From Lama glama (lineage: Eukaryota): 64,000 nt of DNA. A program made the translations under genes and the position numbers. The stretch lies in NCBI GenBank assembly GCA_028534125.1, contig CM052816.1, positions 38,132,001 through 38,196,000 of the forward strand. The letters run 5' to 3'. Positions 15,049 to 28,584 of this stretch are shown in pieces. Below the pieces are notes generated by a model. The model worked only from the letters and a program-made list of their open reading frames with translations, searched no databases and was not told the DNA's origin. The first letter of the stretch is position 1; the number at the start of each line of letters is the position of its first letter.

Positions 15049-16007
15049 TGGTCAACTAATCTTTGACAAAGGAGGCAAGAATATACAATGGAATAAAGAC
15101 AGTCTCTTCAGCAAATGGTTTTGGGAAAACTGGACAGCAGCATATAAAGCAATGAAGCTAGAACACTCCCTTACACCATACACAAAAATAAACTCAAAAT
15201 GGGTCAAAGACTTAAATATAAGACAAGATACAATAAACCTCCTAGAAGAAAATATAGGCAAAACATTATCTCACATACATCTCAAAAATATTCTCCTAGG
15301 ACAGTATACCCAAGCAATAGAAATAAAAGCAAGAATAAACAAATGGGACCTGATTAAACTTACAAGCTTCTGCACAGCAAAGGAAACCATAAGTAAAACA
15401 AAAAGACAACCTACAGAATGGGAGAAAATTTTTGCCAATGAAACCAACAAACGCTTGATCTCCAGAATATATAAGCAGCTCACATGATTTAATAAGAAAA
15501 AAAACAAACAACCCAATCCAAAAATACGCAGAAGACCTAAACAAACAATTCTCCAAGGAAGAAATACAAATGATCAACAGGCACATGAAAAAATGCTCCT
15601 TATCACTAATTACCAGAGAAATGTAAATCAAAACTACAATGAGGTATCAGCTCACACCAGTCAGAATGGCCATCATTCAAAAGTCCACAAATGACAAATG
15701 CTGGAGAGGCTGTGGAGAAAAGGGAACCCTCCTACGCTGTTGGTGGAATGCAGTTTGGTGCAGTCACTGTGGAAAACAGTATGGAGATTCCTCAAAAGAC
15801 TATGAATAGACTTCCCATATGACCCAGAATCCTGCTCCTGGGCATATATCCAGAAGGAACCCTACTTCAAAATGACACCTGCACCTCAATGTTCATAGCA
15901 GCACTATTTACAATAGCCAAGACATGGAAACAGCCGAAATGTCCATCAACAGATGACTGGATAAAGAAGAGGTGGTGTATTTATACAATGGAATACTATT
16001 CAGCCAT
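15049..16007 (+). mobile_element. young L1 ORF2 3' fragment lacking 3' UTR and poly(A)
   Basis: ORF 14903..15487 switches into near-intact ORF2 ('[23 protein letters not shown]...[13 protein letters not shown]...[16 protein letters not shown]'). Flanked by duplicated CCATTTTG (15043-15050, 16004-16011). Confidence 0.92.
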
Positions 16008-17139
16008 TTTGAGTAAATTTTTGTGATAAGTGTAAGGTTTATGTCTAGATTCATTTTTTTCTTGCATGTGGATGTCCAGTTGTTCCAACATCATTTGCTG
16101 AAGAAACTGTCTTTGCTTTACTGCATTGCTTTTGCTTCTCCATCAAAATCAGTTGACTATATTTATGTGGGTCTAATTCTGGGCTCTCTATTCTTATCCA
16201 CTGATCTATTTGCCAATTCTTTCACCCAATGCCACACTGTCAATTATTATAGCTTTATAGTAACTCTTGAAGCTGCACAGAATCAGTCTTTAAACTTTGT
16301 TCTACTTTAATATTGCACTGGTTATTCTGGGTCTTTTGCCCACAAATATTTTGATGTATTATTTATAAAAATATTTCCAGATAGAATATGTAATTATATC
16401 ACTGCAATGAGTTTTATATTTTACTATATCAAACAATACCCAGTTTCAATGTAAATGATTTGCATAGTTATTTATTCTCTTTCTTCTGACTCTCACTTTA
16501 GTGCTTACTCTCTTTCCCTCTCAATCAATTAGGCAGGCTGAAAATGATTTATTAGGACAGATCATGTGAGGAACAGTAATTTTGGGGTCATTTAAATTTA
16601 ACAACTAACACTTATGAAATACTATCAGAACTGATTAAACAAATAAATATGTTTCTCTACAGAGAAAGACTGGCTTTCTAGGTGTGTATGTGCTCAGACA
16701 CACAAAAAGATGTAGTCTGAAAGAAAGGTAACTCTATACTTTTCTGATCTCAGTCCAATGCTTGTGTTATGAGGTTGAGTAATAGAAAACAGGAGATAAA
16801 GCTGTATCTTACAGTCTGCTCTCTCTCATGCTCTTTCTCTCTAAAACAGGAAGTAAATTTTCCCCTTTGTCAGAATGCTTACCTGAGTATGACTTTATTT
16901 AATAACCAAAGTTATTAAATATTGTATTTGTATGAGTGATTAGGTAAGATCACTAGGGAGTAAGCTAATCAAATTGTGATAGTGGTGCCTCCCACCTTTG
17001 TATGACCACCTTGTTTTCCGAAATGTAACAGCCCTACAAAGTAAAGTCTGAGTTTTAAAAACACATAAGACCCATATCAACAATCTGGTTGCAAACATTT
17101 AATTGGTGCTTTAGTGAGATTCTTTGCTCCTTTACACTT

Positions 17140-17154
17140 TATATATATATATAA

Positions 17155-17187
<33 letters not shown>
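17140..17187. repeat. compound (TA)n(CA)n microsatellite
   Basis: direct reading. Confidence 0.95.
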
Positions 17188-17189
<2 letters not shown>

Positions 17190-20100
17190 TCAGTTAAAGG
17201 CTGATGAGATGATAAAAAAACAAATAAATCACATGGTTTAAACTGCACATGAGATTTATATTTTGAATAAAGCTAGTCACATTTATGTAGATTTAAACTG
17301 GCTAGAGAAAAACTGAAATTTTTACTTGACAAACAGCTATTGCCCCAAGAAATGTGGAGATTAGTCCAAGGTTGCTCATAGAACATTCATGCATCAGATG
17401 CCATAACATTTTCCAAGGCAGAAGAAAACTTCCAAAAATAATAATAACTACATATAAAGAGGATAATCAATTAAGAGGGACTTATAGACCTTCAAAATAG
17501 TGTAAGGATATTAATTATTCAGGCAAATATAACCAGATAAATTAAGAAGGAATAGTGTGTCTTTAATGAGCAACATTTTCCTGCTATAAAATGTGGGATT
17601 GGTTTCAATAATTAACTAAAATTTCCTTCTGATAAGTAAAATTTTCATGTTTAGTTGATGTTACTGTTTAAGGGAGGTGGGGGGGAGGAGAAAAGAAAAT
17701 ACTGGGTTTTTTTTTTTCATGATAGGGAACCACTAAATAATTTATTGAAAGAAAAAATAAAATATCAGGAACTGTATGCCATTATATTTTTGTTTTGAAA
17801 GAATCTTTATACAGAGTGAAATAGAGAAAGCCCTATAAGTTTAAAACCATAGTAATTGTTTCCCAATAGCAAGTTTAGGCATAAAAAATAATTTCTCAGT
17901 AACAAAACACCCTAGTTTAAAGTACAACTGCAATGGAAATTATTCTAGTGTTTTATTTATTTAATTTATATTCATACTTTTCTTTGGATGGTCAGTTGTA
18001 TGAGAGATTAGACTGTTTGCTGTGAAATTTGACTTAGAAGTTATTTTTAAAACTGGGGTTTTTAAACATTATCATGAAAGATTTAAAAAGTAATTTAAAC
18101 AAATTAAAATGTCCTCGCAACTTTTATCAATGCCTCTCAGAGGCCAAATGTGCTCTCCCTTCCCAGTATCTGTCCTCCAGTCATAGCTTTAGGGAATTTT
18201 CTGCAAGATAACTCAAGTTGATGAGAGCTTCTGCTTTAGAATCTCACACAGTGTTTTCTGTGTGTATGTGTGTGTGTGTATGTGTGTTTTGCTGTAAATA
18301 ATTGATGGGTCTAAGTGATTCGAGATAGGCAACATGCAATGTGAGAGTCACTATCTTAATCTTCTTAGATTAAGAAGAGGATGTCCCATGGGGAATCTGG
18401 CCCCTGTAAACTAAGCATAATAATGCACATGGAAATTGCTTACTTAGTAGTCTCAGAGAGGACTTTGAAAGTTAATACCATAAAATCTTAAGAAGGTTAT
18501 TATTATGACTTTGTTAGAGATATGGCTAAAGCCTCACACATTGACCAAATTTATAGTTACAAAACAAAATAGAAATTGGAAAGTGATACTTTGCTTTGCT
18601 TGTATTAATGATACACTGAAAATTAAATTTGTAGTTTTTTATTCTGATTGTGGTAAAATCACAATGCCAATGGTTTTGTTTTTGGGTTTTTTTTTTTTTT
18701 GGTTTGTATGTTTGTTGTTTGTTTTATAATATGTAGACCTCTATAAGACTGTCTTAACCCTGCAAATAACGAAAGAGGATAAACTGGATATAGTGGAGGA
18801 AAAGAACTGAAACAAATCAGACTGTACTGAATATTAGCTCCTGCACCAACATTAGGTCCTGGGGAGAGAGCAACGATTCTAAGTCAGGTGTATTGGATGA
18901 AAACTATACACGCTACACTTTTCTCTGTGTGTAGAGGTAGGGGATTTGTGTAAAATATTTATTTTCAAGCCTATGGAAAGACGACTTAAAGAGAGATTAT
19001 CACAGACAATGGTAACATATTAGTGTAAAGTCTAAATCTAAATTATAGTTTACTTAGAGTGAAAGATAATATATTGAGCTTACTTGAAACCATAAATCTT
19101 TAATTATGTAAAAGGGTTGGTAAGGGTCAACTGGCAGAACTGCCTCACATCATTTTATCAGCAGGGGAAAGAAGGGAATTTTTTTACTCAGAAATGCAAG
19201 AGAAATTAAATACGTAAGAATAATTCTGATGCAAATGTTAATAAAACTGAGGTAGAGATGTAATGACAGGATTTTAGCATATATTTTCATTTTATATTTA
19301 ATATTATACTGAAATGGAATCCATAAAATATCACTCATCAAGCAATTCTTAGATTTTCCTTTACTGCTCTTTATGTCTAAACATAGCTTTGTAAAACTGA
19401 TAGCTTATTTATAAACTCAGTATACTCTATTATTGTTCAACATATTTCAGAAAATACATATTGCTTGAATTGACAAATTCTATAATCTGTCCTGACGTAA
19501 AGGTCAGATATTAAAGAGTACTGCTAAAGGTATTTAAGCACCTAGTTAAGTTTTTCTTCCTAATATATCATGAAAATTTAAATATCATTGGAAATGAAAA
19601 AGTTCTTTATGAAAATTACTTTTAACAGTATGTGTCAAAAAAACTATTGTATATTCTCTATTTAAACCCTCCATAGAAGTTTTCTCTCCTAAATATGAAG
19701 GGTAATCTGTACCTCAATATTAAGTTAGATTTGTTTTGGAAAATATATGGTTGGGCAGGATTACAGAAGTAAACTAAAATGTGTTGATTTAAGTTTGGCC
19801 TAGTCTCACATTTGAGTTATTCCACTTAAAATAAGCATAGTAAATTATACAGAAAACATTTTTACTGCATAATATAAGAATACTGAAAAGTCTCCAAACA
19901 TTTTGTCAAATACTTTAAATATATAAGTCATTATTGCATATAATCTAGAAAATTTGTGAACTCCTCTCTCAAATAGTTTTATAGGTTTTCTGAGGTCATC
20001 AGAAAAAATTTGGTACTGATTACCCGAAGTTATCCAGGGAAGTTAAGATTTCATGAGCTTGCATGGGGAAGCTTTTCCTGTGATAACAGTAAAGTGTGGA

Positions 20101-23100
20101 TCACAGAAAAGAGATTAATACTCTAAAGCCATGCAAATTATGATATCAGTTTTCATGCTCTGTTTTTAAAAAGGTACTGAGAGACACATGAATAAGGAAG
20201 TCATATTCTACATAGAGTGACTCTATGTGTATTCCTTGTCCTCACCCCTCCTACCCTCCAATTTATCAACACTTAGTGGAGTGCAAGTCTAGATATGTAG
20301 TAGATGAGACTGAATAAATGATTAAAACTGCATGATAGACCTGGTAATTTCATCCTAGGGGAAAAAATGGGAAATAATTTCCATCAGTGGAATAAATACA
20401 GGGATGAACTCCTTAAAGAACAAACATTTTCACATTTGTTTTAGACTTACATATAACTAAATATTCAGCATGTCTGAATAGCATCTAAATTAACTACTTT
20501 TTGCTGGTGAGAAGTGATTCTTTTTTTATCTCTTAAAAATTGTTTATTCCACTTTATAGATTTTCACCTATAAAGTTTTATTTCAAGAAGTACTTGATGA
20601 ATAAAAAACAAGAAAATAATGATTCTGAAATGAAAGTATTAGCTCCATTTTCTTCCAAATTTGGGGTTTGAAACTAACCCACTTGCTTATTTTCAGTTTA
20701 GAAGATAAACTTTTCTCTCTCTTGTGAAAGTCTGTCATAGTAATTCAGATGCCATGGAGAAACACATTAGTCCTTTTATCACACAATGATAGTCTTCAAT
20801 GCACTGCTATTATAAACATTCATAAATTTTTGCTATCTGGGATAAATGATTTGGTGGTGGGAAGGGTTAGAATAAAAACAAAAGCAATCATGAACTGTAG
20901 GTTGCAACTATAATTTAGTAAAATCTTAAAGCAAAGATCTTAAATCAAGAAGTGTCTCTTTTTGATTACTGTAATAACCAGAACTACATTTATGAACATT
21001 TTCCCTTACGAACAGCTTTCAACAATCTATTCATTTTCTTTCCTCTTACAGTTTGGTAATATTATTCCCACATTCCCAACAAGCAGTGAAAAGTAAGGAA
21101 CTTTAAAGCAACCTATTGCCATTCTGAAGACAAAGTATTGGCTGGAATGGTATATATGTGGACAGACATAACTATGATATTAAAGGAGACAGGCCATGCC
21201 TGACCTGCTGTTGATATAACCATAGGCTGGCAACACATTCCTCAAGAGCTGCACAACCTTCCATCATTCAAGATTCGTGGAGAACAGATGTTTTCCATCA
21301 GAGTGATAGTATTTTTACACTGCTTTCATTAAACTGTCATCTCTTAAACTGCTTCAACTTCAGGTCCCTTTTATCGCTTTGTTAGTTTTAACGCATCTTT
21401 CTGTACCTTGGATGACAGGGAGGTAGCCCTGACTTTGTGTGTGTACTTGGCAAAGACTGGGCTCCACAATCTCTCAGTAGCCCTCTCTGGAACTGTACCT
21501 AATCGCGAAGGGAAAGTGATACTGGAACAAGCAGCAGCATAAAGATCACTGGTTATTCATGGCATGGTGACAGAAGTATTATGTATGTATTAAAATGCTT
21601 TGAAGTGAAACATTTATGCAACCCACTTTGAAAGAATCAATAACTTTGATATATTAGCGCAGTTCAAAATATTGTTCATTTAACACAAAACGGATGTAAG
21701 ATAGAAATAAAACGGATGTTCAAAACCCAGCAGCTATCTGGCAAACTCAGAAAACACCCCCAGCACAACTGAACTAAATGATTCTTTCTAAATGTTCTTC
21801 CTTAATGCAAAAGTTTAAAGGTGTAAGTTGTACACCATTTTTTATATTAAATAGCAATATTTACTTGAATTTCTTGAATTTTTTATTTAGATGTTTCTTA
21901 TTTCATTTTACTTATTTTTTGTTTGCATGACTTGTGAGGTACAACTATCAAGACCTTGTTCAAGCATAAGCTTAAAAAGGGGGAATTTATTCCTAAACTA
22001 TAATTTTAATGAAATGGTGGCTGTATCACCCATAATGTACAAGAGCCAATTGATGAGAGAATCTGTAACACGTTAGCTCGTTCTAATTCTTTTTTTGTGC
22101 TGTTTTCTCCCCACACCATTGTGAGAAAATATTTTAGGAATAAAAATTCTCAGAAGGCTGTTTTAGAATGAAGTAAAAAATCCCCCACATTTGTGATCTG
22201 GTTGTACATATTTTAGAGAATCATAAAAGATCAAAATTAAGAGAAGACAATGTTTAAATGTTAAAAGTTATGCATTTAGAATTCCTGAAATTTATATAAA
22301 GATACTAAATTATACTCTAGATCACTGGAAAGAGTCATTATCCAGGAATTTGTTTCTACTGACACCCTATGTTTCCTTGCAAATCACAGTTTTGGGTTAT
22401 TATCACAAAAATTAGTGTAGTTTTTAATGTGGTCTCTTATCTTTCAGTAATAAATTTATATTGCATTAAAAGGAACAGCCAGTAAATTAAAGGTCAGTTA
22501 GATATTGTCACAATATGAATAGGGCTCTTTGAAAATCACTTGTAGGTTATATTTTGGTTGTACTAAATGTTTGTTTCTGAAAAGCAAATAAAATTTTGTG
22601 ATGCTTATGTGTTTGCTAAATAAGACACTAAATAATCAAGAAATCATCCTTATGAAAAAAGATGCATTGTTCTCCACGCATACTAATATACACCTCATAA
22701 TATGTAATTTAATTAGCCAAACTCAGTAATTCACAAAGCAAAGAACGGTAATGGACAATCGCAGCCTAAGTATAGGGACATGATGTAGAGATATATTTCA
22801 TTAATGGAATTAATTTAGAATTGTAATTAAATAGACTACTTACTAGCCCACACTATAATTTCATTAAGCTAAATGATAACGCTTCGTCACAGGGCATCGC
22901 TGAAAGAATATGCCCAATTTTGGCATACATTGTACAGTTTCACACATTCAAAATAGTCCATCAGATTTAAAAAAAAAAATTGATCCTGTTTTAACTAGGC
23001 TCAGGGAGCTTTTTTGCAAGACAATAAATCAAAAACACATCATTTCACACAAAAATAATTAATAAAACCACTTAAATTTTATAAAACTATTCTAACCAGT

Positions 23101-23224
23101 AAGTATACGAAGATTTAAAAGATACTCTTCTGTGGACTCTCTGTTCAAACCTAACACCATTTTGTGTGTGTGCATTTGAAAATATGTAAGACTAGATAAA
23201 GGTGATTTCTGACTTGTATATTTC

Positions 23225-23330
23225 CTTCATTCATTGACATTTACTGAGTGTCTACTATGTGTCAAGTCTTGTGTTAGATTTAATAAGTGGTTAGAAGACA
23301 GATATAATGCCTGTCCTCATAGAACTCACT
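23225..23330 (-). mobile_element. L2 3' end fragment
   Basis: 'cattcattgacatttactgagtgtctactatgtgtcaag...gcctgtcctcatagaactcac'. Confidence 0.75.
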
Positions 23331-25608
23331 AATTAGGATTCTGCAGAAAATTTGTGAAGATCACTAAGTTTTTGTGAATTTTTATGGTCATGTAATTATT
23401 TTTCCCTTGCATTAACTTTAAGCTTTTTGTATTTTTACTCATAATTTTAGTTAAAATATTTTATTTTATGCAATTTGCATATATACTTTATGCTGTGGTA
23501 GAGAGATTATGTTATCATTTGTATTACAAGTGAATCAATTAAAACAGAATATTGTACTTGCATAGTACCAAATTTTTATGTAAAAATGGAGAAATTTTAA
23601 TACAACATAGATTTAAAGTGTAAGGATAGAGTCTACATAATATTTTCTAGGTATACATTAATTTAATTGGGTATTGGTCATTAAAGTATACAGGCCATTT
23701 TATTCAGACACTGTTATTTTGAACTTTTATATTTGATTTAAATGGATAAGGACTAAATTTTTCATGCAACCCAGGACTAAATGCCTTAGATAAATGAAAA
23801 CTTTCATCACTGAGTCCTACTTCAAGTGAATTGTAAGAAATTATTTTTCTTGACAGATTATAAGAAATGAAATAAACTGATGGATAAAAGCCAATTTCTT
23901 TCACATCAAAGAATACACATGTGCTAATATTTTATCATTCTTATTCAATCTATTTAATATTTTGATATTGAGTTTTTAAAATTGTATATAGGTAATTTAC
24001 CAAAATAACGTTTAATTCCATTCTTACAGTTATAACATCTAGGTAAAACATTATTTTAAATAATTTTCTTTAAAAACTACCAATGAATGATTTACTTTCA
24101 TTTATCTAAGCTCTAACTACCATATACTATACATCTGACATGATGCAGAATTTTTATTTATGTAAAACAATTTTTAAACTATTTACAAAGTGGACCATGA
24201 CCATTCTTTTACTTTTTATACAAATGATGCTATTTGGTTCACATCCATTGTTAGTTATATTTAACCATACATTTACACTAATCACATTTAAATACAGGTC
24301 TTAATGTAGATAAAAAAAAGTAAATCACATGTATCCAACAACTTCAAATCCCTTGAAATTATTTTTAGGCATCATATTATAAAGGAAGTTCCAACATGTT
24401 TTTCACTACAAATTAAGCCTAAAAGAAGAAACGTCTCAGGGATAACTCCAATAATTTTATTCGAGAGAGAACGTGTGACCCTTTTGAAATATAAGACAAA
24501 TAGGCTACCTTAAAATGTACTTGTCTTTTAGTTTTTGGAACTTGTCCTATTCCAAAAGTTTAACTCACTGTTAAAACCTTTTTGGAAAGCACTCAAAAAT
24601 AATGCACGTAAGAAAATATTATCCATCACTCATTAAATTCCCACTTATGTCTAGCATTCAAAACTAGCCAGGGGTTTGGACATTTCTTTTTCTTATCTTC
24701 ATTTTCAAATGATTATATAAGTAATCCTTTCATCTTAAATACTGCAGATTAAAATGCATTTTTGTTGTCATCTCCTATCATATTCTATCTGAAGATTATG
24801 CATTTAGAGTCTGTTTATGAAATATCATAAATTAATTTTGTTGCCAACACTGTGGTTATGTGGTTGTATGTGATGAAAAATGGAAGCTTTGCTTATTACC
24901 AAAATGAAACATTTAAAAAGATTTTTAAAGTTCTGCATCTAGATCATGAATAGGCCTCATTATTTGTATTTTATGGGTATACACAGTGCACATACAGGTT
25001 ATATCATATACTAGACAGAGTATTCATTAGCCAGAACATTTTCCTTCAATATCAGAAGCACCTACCTCAGGAACAAAATCTAAAGACTAAAACTAACAAC
25101 ATTTGGTGAAAACATAGCTATAGAATCAAGTTTTTTTTTTTTTAAATAGGACTAGATGTGATATTGCTCTCAAATACCACATGCTAGAAAACCTGATCCC
25201 AAATTCTAGGCTAACATGAAATATTCACTCCTTCTATGTTTTAAATTACATTCTTAACCCCCTGATTGCCTGACAAGTCACTTAAAAAATCTGCTAATAC
25301 CTTGGATAGAACTGAAAAAAAAATTTTTATCAGACAGAACATGTACAATTTCAATAGAGTTCTAAATATGAGAGAATAAAATTTCTAAAAGTAGATTTTC
25401 AATCTATTGTAACTGCAATAAAAATCTGTTTACAGAACTGGGTTGCACTAAGTGAAAAGGAAAGAGAGTATGTTTGAAGACAGACGCAGACATGATTCCC
25501 AACTCTGTCACCGCCTGGCTCGACAATTAGCAAGTCTCTGTTAGCCTCAGCACGGAAGTTGGAAGAGTGAAATCCACTCCACCTGATGGTCATATTTAAA
25601 ATACATCT

Positions 25609-25979
25609 AATGAACTTATCTACAAAACAGACACAGACTCACAGACATAGTAAACAAATTTATGGTTACCAGGGGGAAAAGGGGTGGAAAGGGGTACATT
25701 AGGAGTTTGAGATTTTCAAATATTAACTACTATATATAAAACAGATAAAAAAACAAATTTCTTCTGTATAGCATAGTGAACTACATTCAATGTCTTGTTG
25801 TGACCGACAATGAAAAGGAATATATGCATGTACATGTCCTCATAGAATTAACTATTTAGGATTTTGTAGAAAATTTGTGAAGATCACTAAGTTTGTATGA
25901 CTGAAACATTATGTTGTATATCAGAAACTGACACATTGTAACTGACTATACTTCAATAAAAGTAAATAAATAAATAAGG
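25609..25979 (+). mobile_element. young L1 3' UTR fragment (cetartiodactyl/camelid type) carrying a 60-bp foreign insert
   Basis: 'gaacttatctacaaaacagacacagactcacagacatag...ggagtttgagatttt...ctgtatagcatagtgaactacattcaa...actatacttcaataaaa(gtaaataaataaataa)'. Imperfect TSD aaaatacatct / aaaatgcacct. Confidence 0.9.
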
Positions 25980-26624
25980 AAAATGCACCTGGATTTTAGA
26001 CTTTCAAAAATGTTAGATCTCTTAAATTAGTTGATAAAGTTCATCAGCATATGAATTCAGTGGATATCAAATAAAACTAAGACTTTAGCAAAGAACTTCC
26101 ATAGGCTACAAGTCTGTCTCTATACACCATCTACATTTGAATTTGTTTGAACAAATACAGCAAACTATAGTGGACAAACAACAAATACCCATAAACCAAG
26201 AATTAGCAAACACTAATATTTTGTGATTTACCCTTATGCATTCTAAATAAAATAATAATAATTACAACATTAAAAATAACTTTATTCTATTTCCTAGACC
26301 TCTCCCTCCTCTTCTCAGGGATATCTACATCATTATTCTATATGTGTCATTTAATATAGAGTTTCACATATTCACTACATATATATGTGTCAGATAACGT
26401 ATAGCATTGCTTTGTTTTGTTTTACATAAATGCTACTTAATTGTATACATTTCTGTTGATATATTTTACTGCTGCATAGTATTTCATTTTGATAGAAGCC
26501 AGTATTTATAGAACATTTCCAAGTTTTCTAGGTAATCTAGGTGTACCTTCACAAAAACCCTGTAGAGGGGACTTTTATTGTTTTTATATTTTATAATTCA
26601 TTTTATGTTAAACATTGCATTCAT

Positions 26625-26755
26625 ATTTTATAATGATGATCCAAATGGAGCACAGAGAAGTTAAGTAACTTGCACAATGCTATGTAGACAGTATACTGTA
26701 GAGCTGGCATTTGAACCCAGACTGTCTGGATCCAGAGTCTACATATTAACCACAT
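26625..26755 (-). mobile_element. MIR SINE
   Basis: 'gcacagagaagttaagtaacttgcacaa...gagctggcatttgaacccagactgtctggatccagagtc'. Confidence 0.85.
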
Positions 26756-27177
26756 TTCCCTGCACTCAAAATCAAAGAATAGACCATAGGTTTGCATTTA
26801 TTTTCCTATTGATGAACAAATCAGTTGTTTCTACTTGCTTATCCCCGCAAACAATGTTGCAGCAAATGTCCTTGAATATGTCTCCTGGTTTCCATACAAG
26901 AGATTTTCCAGGGCAGAAGCTCAGATGGGTTATTTGGAAGTCTCAGGGTACCCACGTATCCAACAGAGACCAGGCTTGTACTTGCCTTTCTAGATCCATA
27001 TATGGGGGCTCAAAAAGACCAGGCTATAACTGACAATATTTCTTTCTAGTTAAAGACCTCAGTTTTTTGGTTTTCTATGCTTTGTATGTTTGGTATTCCT
27101 TGCTCATCTTGTGTTGATGCATGCTTCTACAAGTGGACAAAATCTATGCCTATTTAAGGCTTCTAATATCCTAATAA

Positions 27178-27326
27178 GTAATTGTTAGATAAAATATAGG
27201 ATGTCCAATTAAACTACAATTTCTGATAAGCAATGACTACTTTAGTATATTGCACAGGATATACTGTACTTAAACTTATTTTTCAGCAAGTACCCTTATT
27301 TTGATTTGCTAAGTTTGGCAACCCTA
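27178..27326 (+). mobile_element. MER53-like hAT DNA transposon (internally deleted)
   Basis: 'ttagataaaatataggatgtccaattaaa...ttattttgatttgctaagtttggcaacccta' matches my recollection of MER53 termini. Confidence 0.75.
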
Positions 27327-28584
27327 CAACTAAGCCATCTACTGGATGGCTAATAAACAAAAGATCACCCCTGCGTGGTGGGAGGCCCACTGAGGGGAAG
27401 TCACTGATCCAGCGCCACACGATCTAGCTCCACGGCAAATGGGACTGCAAACTTTGTCTCTCAGAACTCATGTTTTACTCAAGTGCAAGTAGAATGAACA
27501 TGTATACAGTTTACACAACTTTTTTCCTATGAAGAGTTAGCAGAAACCTTTCCACAGTTGTTTTGTGTTAAGTGCTGCAATGCCTTCCTCAACTCAGGGT
27601 GTCTTGCCTCTTTTTTCTCCTCGTATAGTAACACGCTAAAGTACATTTTTTAAAATATCTTATTCTTGAAGAAATAACTAGAAGGCTCATTACCACACAG
27701 CAAAGCTTGTCTGTTTTGCCTCTCCAACCCCATGCCCGCATTCACTTCCTCTGTTCTATGCTGTAAAAATTACTCTAGCGGAATAAAACTGGGTGGCAGA
27801 ACACAAAGGGTGCTGCCAGTAAGCTAAACTGACATTACATTAAATAATGAGGAATTTGCAAGTGGGAGAACCCTCTATGATCCAGCCAACACCTCATTTT
27901 ATAATAAAAAAAAAAAAGGAGAGGAATTTTATCCAAATTGAATCATCGTCCCTAGAAAATGAGACTCTAAATAGGCAGGAACAAAGGACAGCCGGTGGGT
28001 CTTAGGTACTGCAGCTGCCAAAGATGAAGTTCTGCTTCAGGGCATATTCATTTCACTAGTTAAGTGCTACTTGAACTAATAGCAATTTCTTAGGTGAAAA
28101 GAATTTTGATCCTTTTCTTATTTTTCCATTACGGAGCTTTGGCATTTCATCAACTGGCACACCCTGCCACACTGTGCTGAAATGTTTCAGGGATTTTGCT
28201 GAGAATATGGAGGGATGCTTTTGTCTACAAAGTAAACCATCGGTTCAGACTGGAAATTTCTTCCAAAAGAAGTAAAGTAGATTACTTGGCATCAATCCTT
28301 CATCACAGATACTACCGTAGGAAAAAAAGAAGTGAAAAAAACTGAAGGACGTGAAACCCGCGGGGAAATAACGAAGTATAAGTGCTGCAGAGAGCAGCCA
28401 GAAATGGAATAATATTTCTTCTGTGAGGACCTTAGTAATAACAACCCATGAGTGATGAGACTTGTTGCAAATGGCAAGGGTGCTGTGAGAGAAGAACAAA
28501 AAAACTACACTGTGAAGGATACCGTTTCACATGCCCTATCTCCTTCCCTTTCTTCACAGATCATTTGCGTTCTCTTTTTCATTA

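Larger units (their letters stand above)
13330..16340 (-). mobile_element. old L1 (L1MC/MD-like) 3' region, interrupted by an MLT1 LTR and a young L1
   Basis: Minus-strand L1 3' UTR and ORF2 motifs at 13330-14299, 14690-15050 and 16004-16340. ORF 13875..14252 reads 'REIQIKTTMKCHYAPIR...LLVGNVNWYSHFG'. Confidence 0.85.

Noticed and set aside
14903..15487. Longest ORF in the track (194 aa)
   Set aside because: Chance fusion of antisense old-L1 sequence with a young L1 ORF2 fragment; not a host gene
28245..28520. Purine-rich, CpG-containing stretch with short ORFs
   Set aside because: No consistent splice sites or recognisable homology; possibly an old repeat remnant
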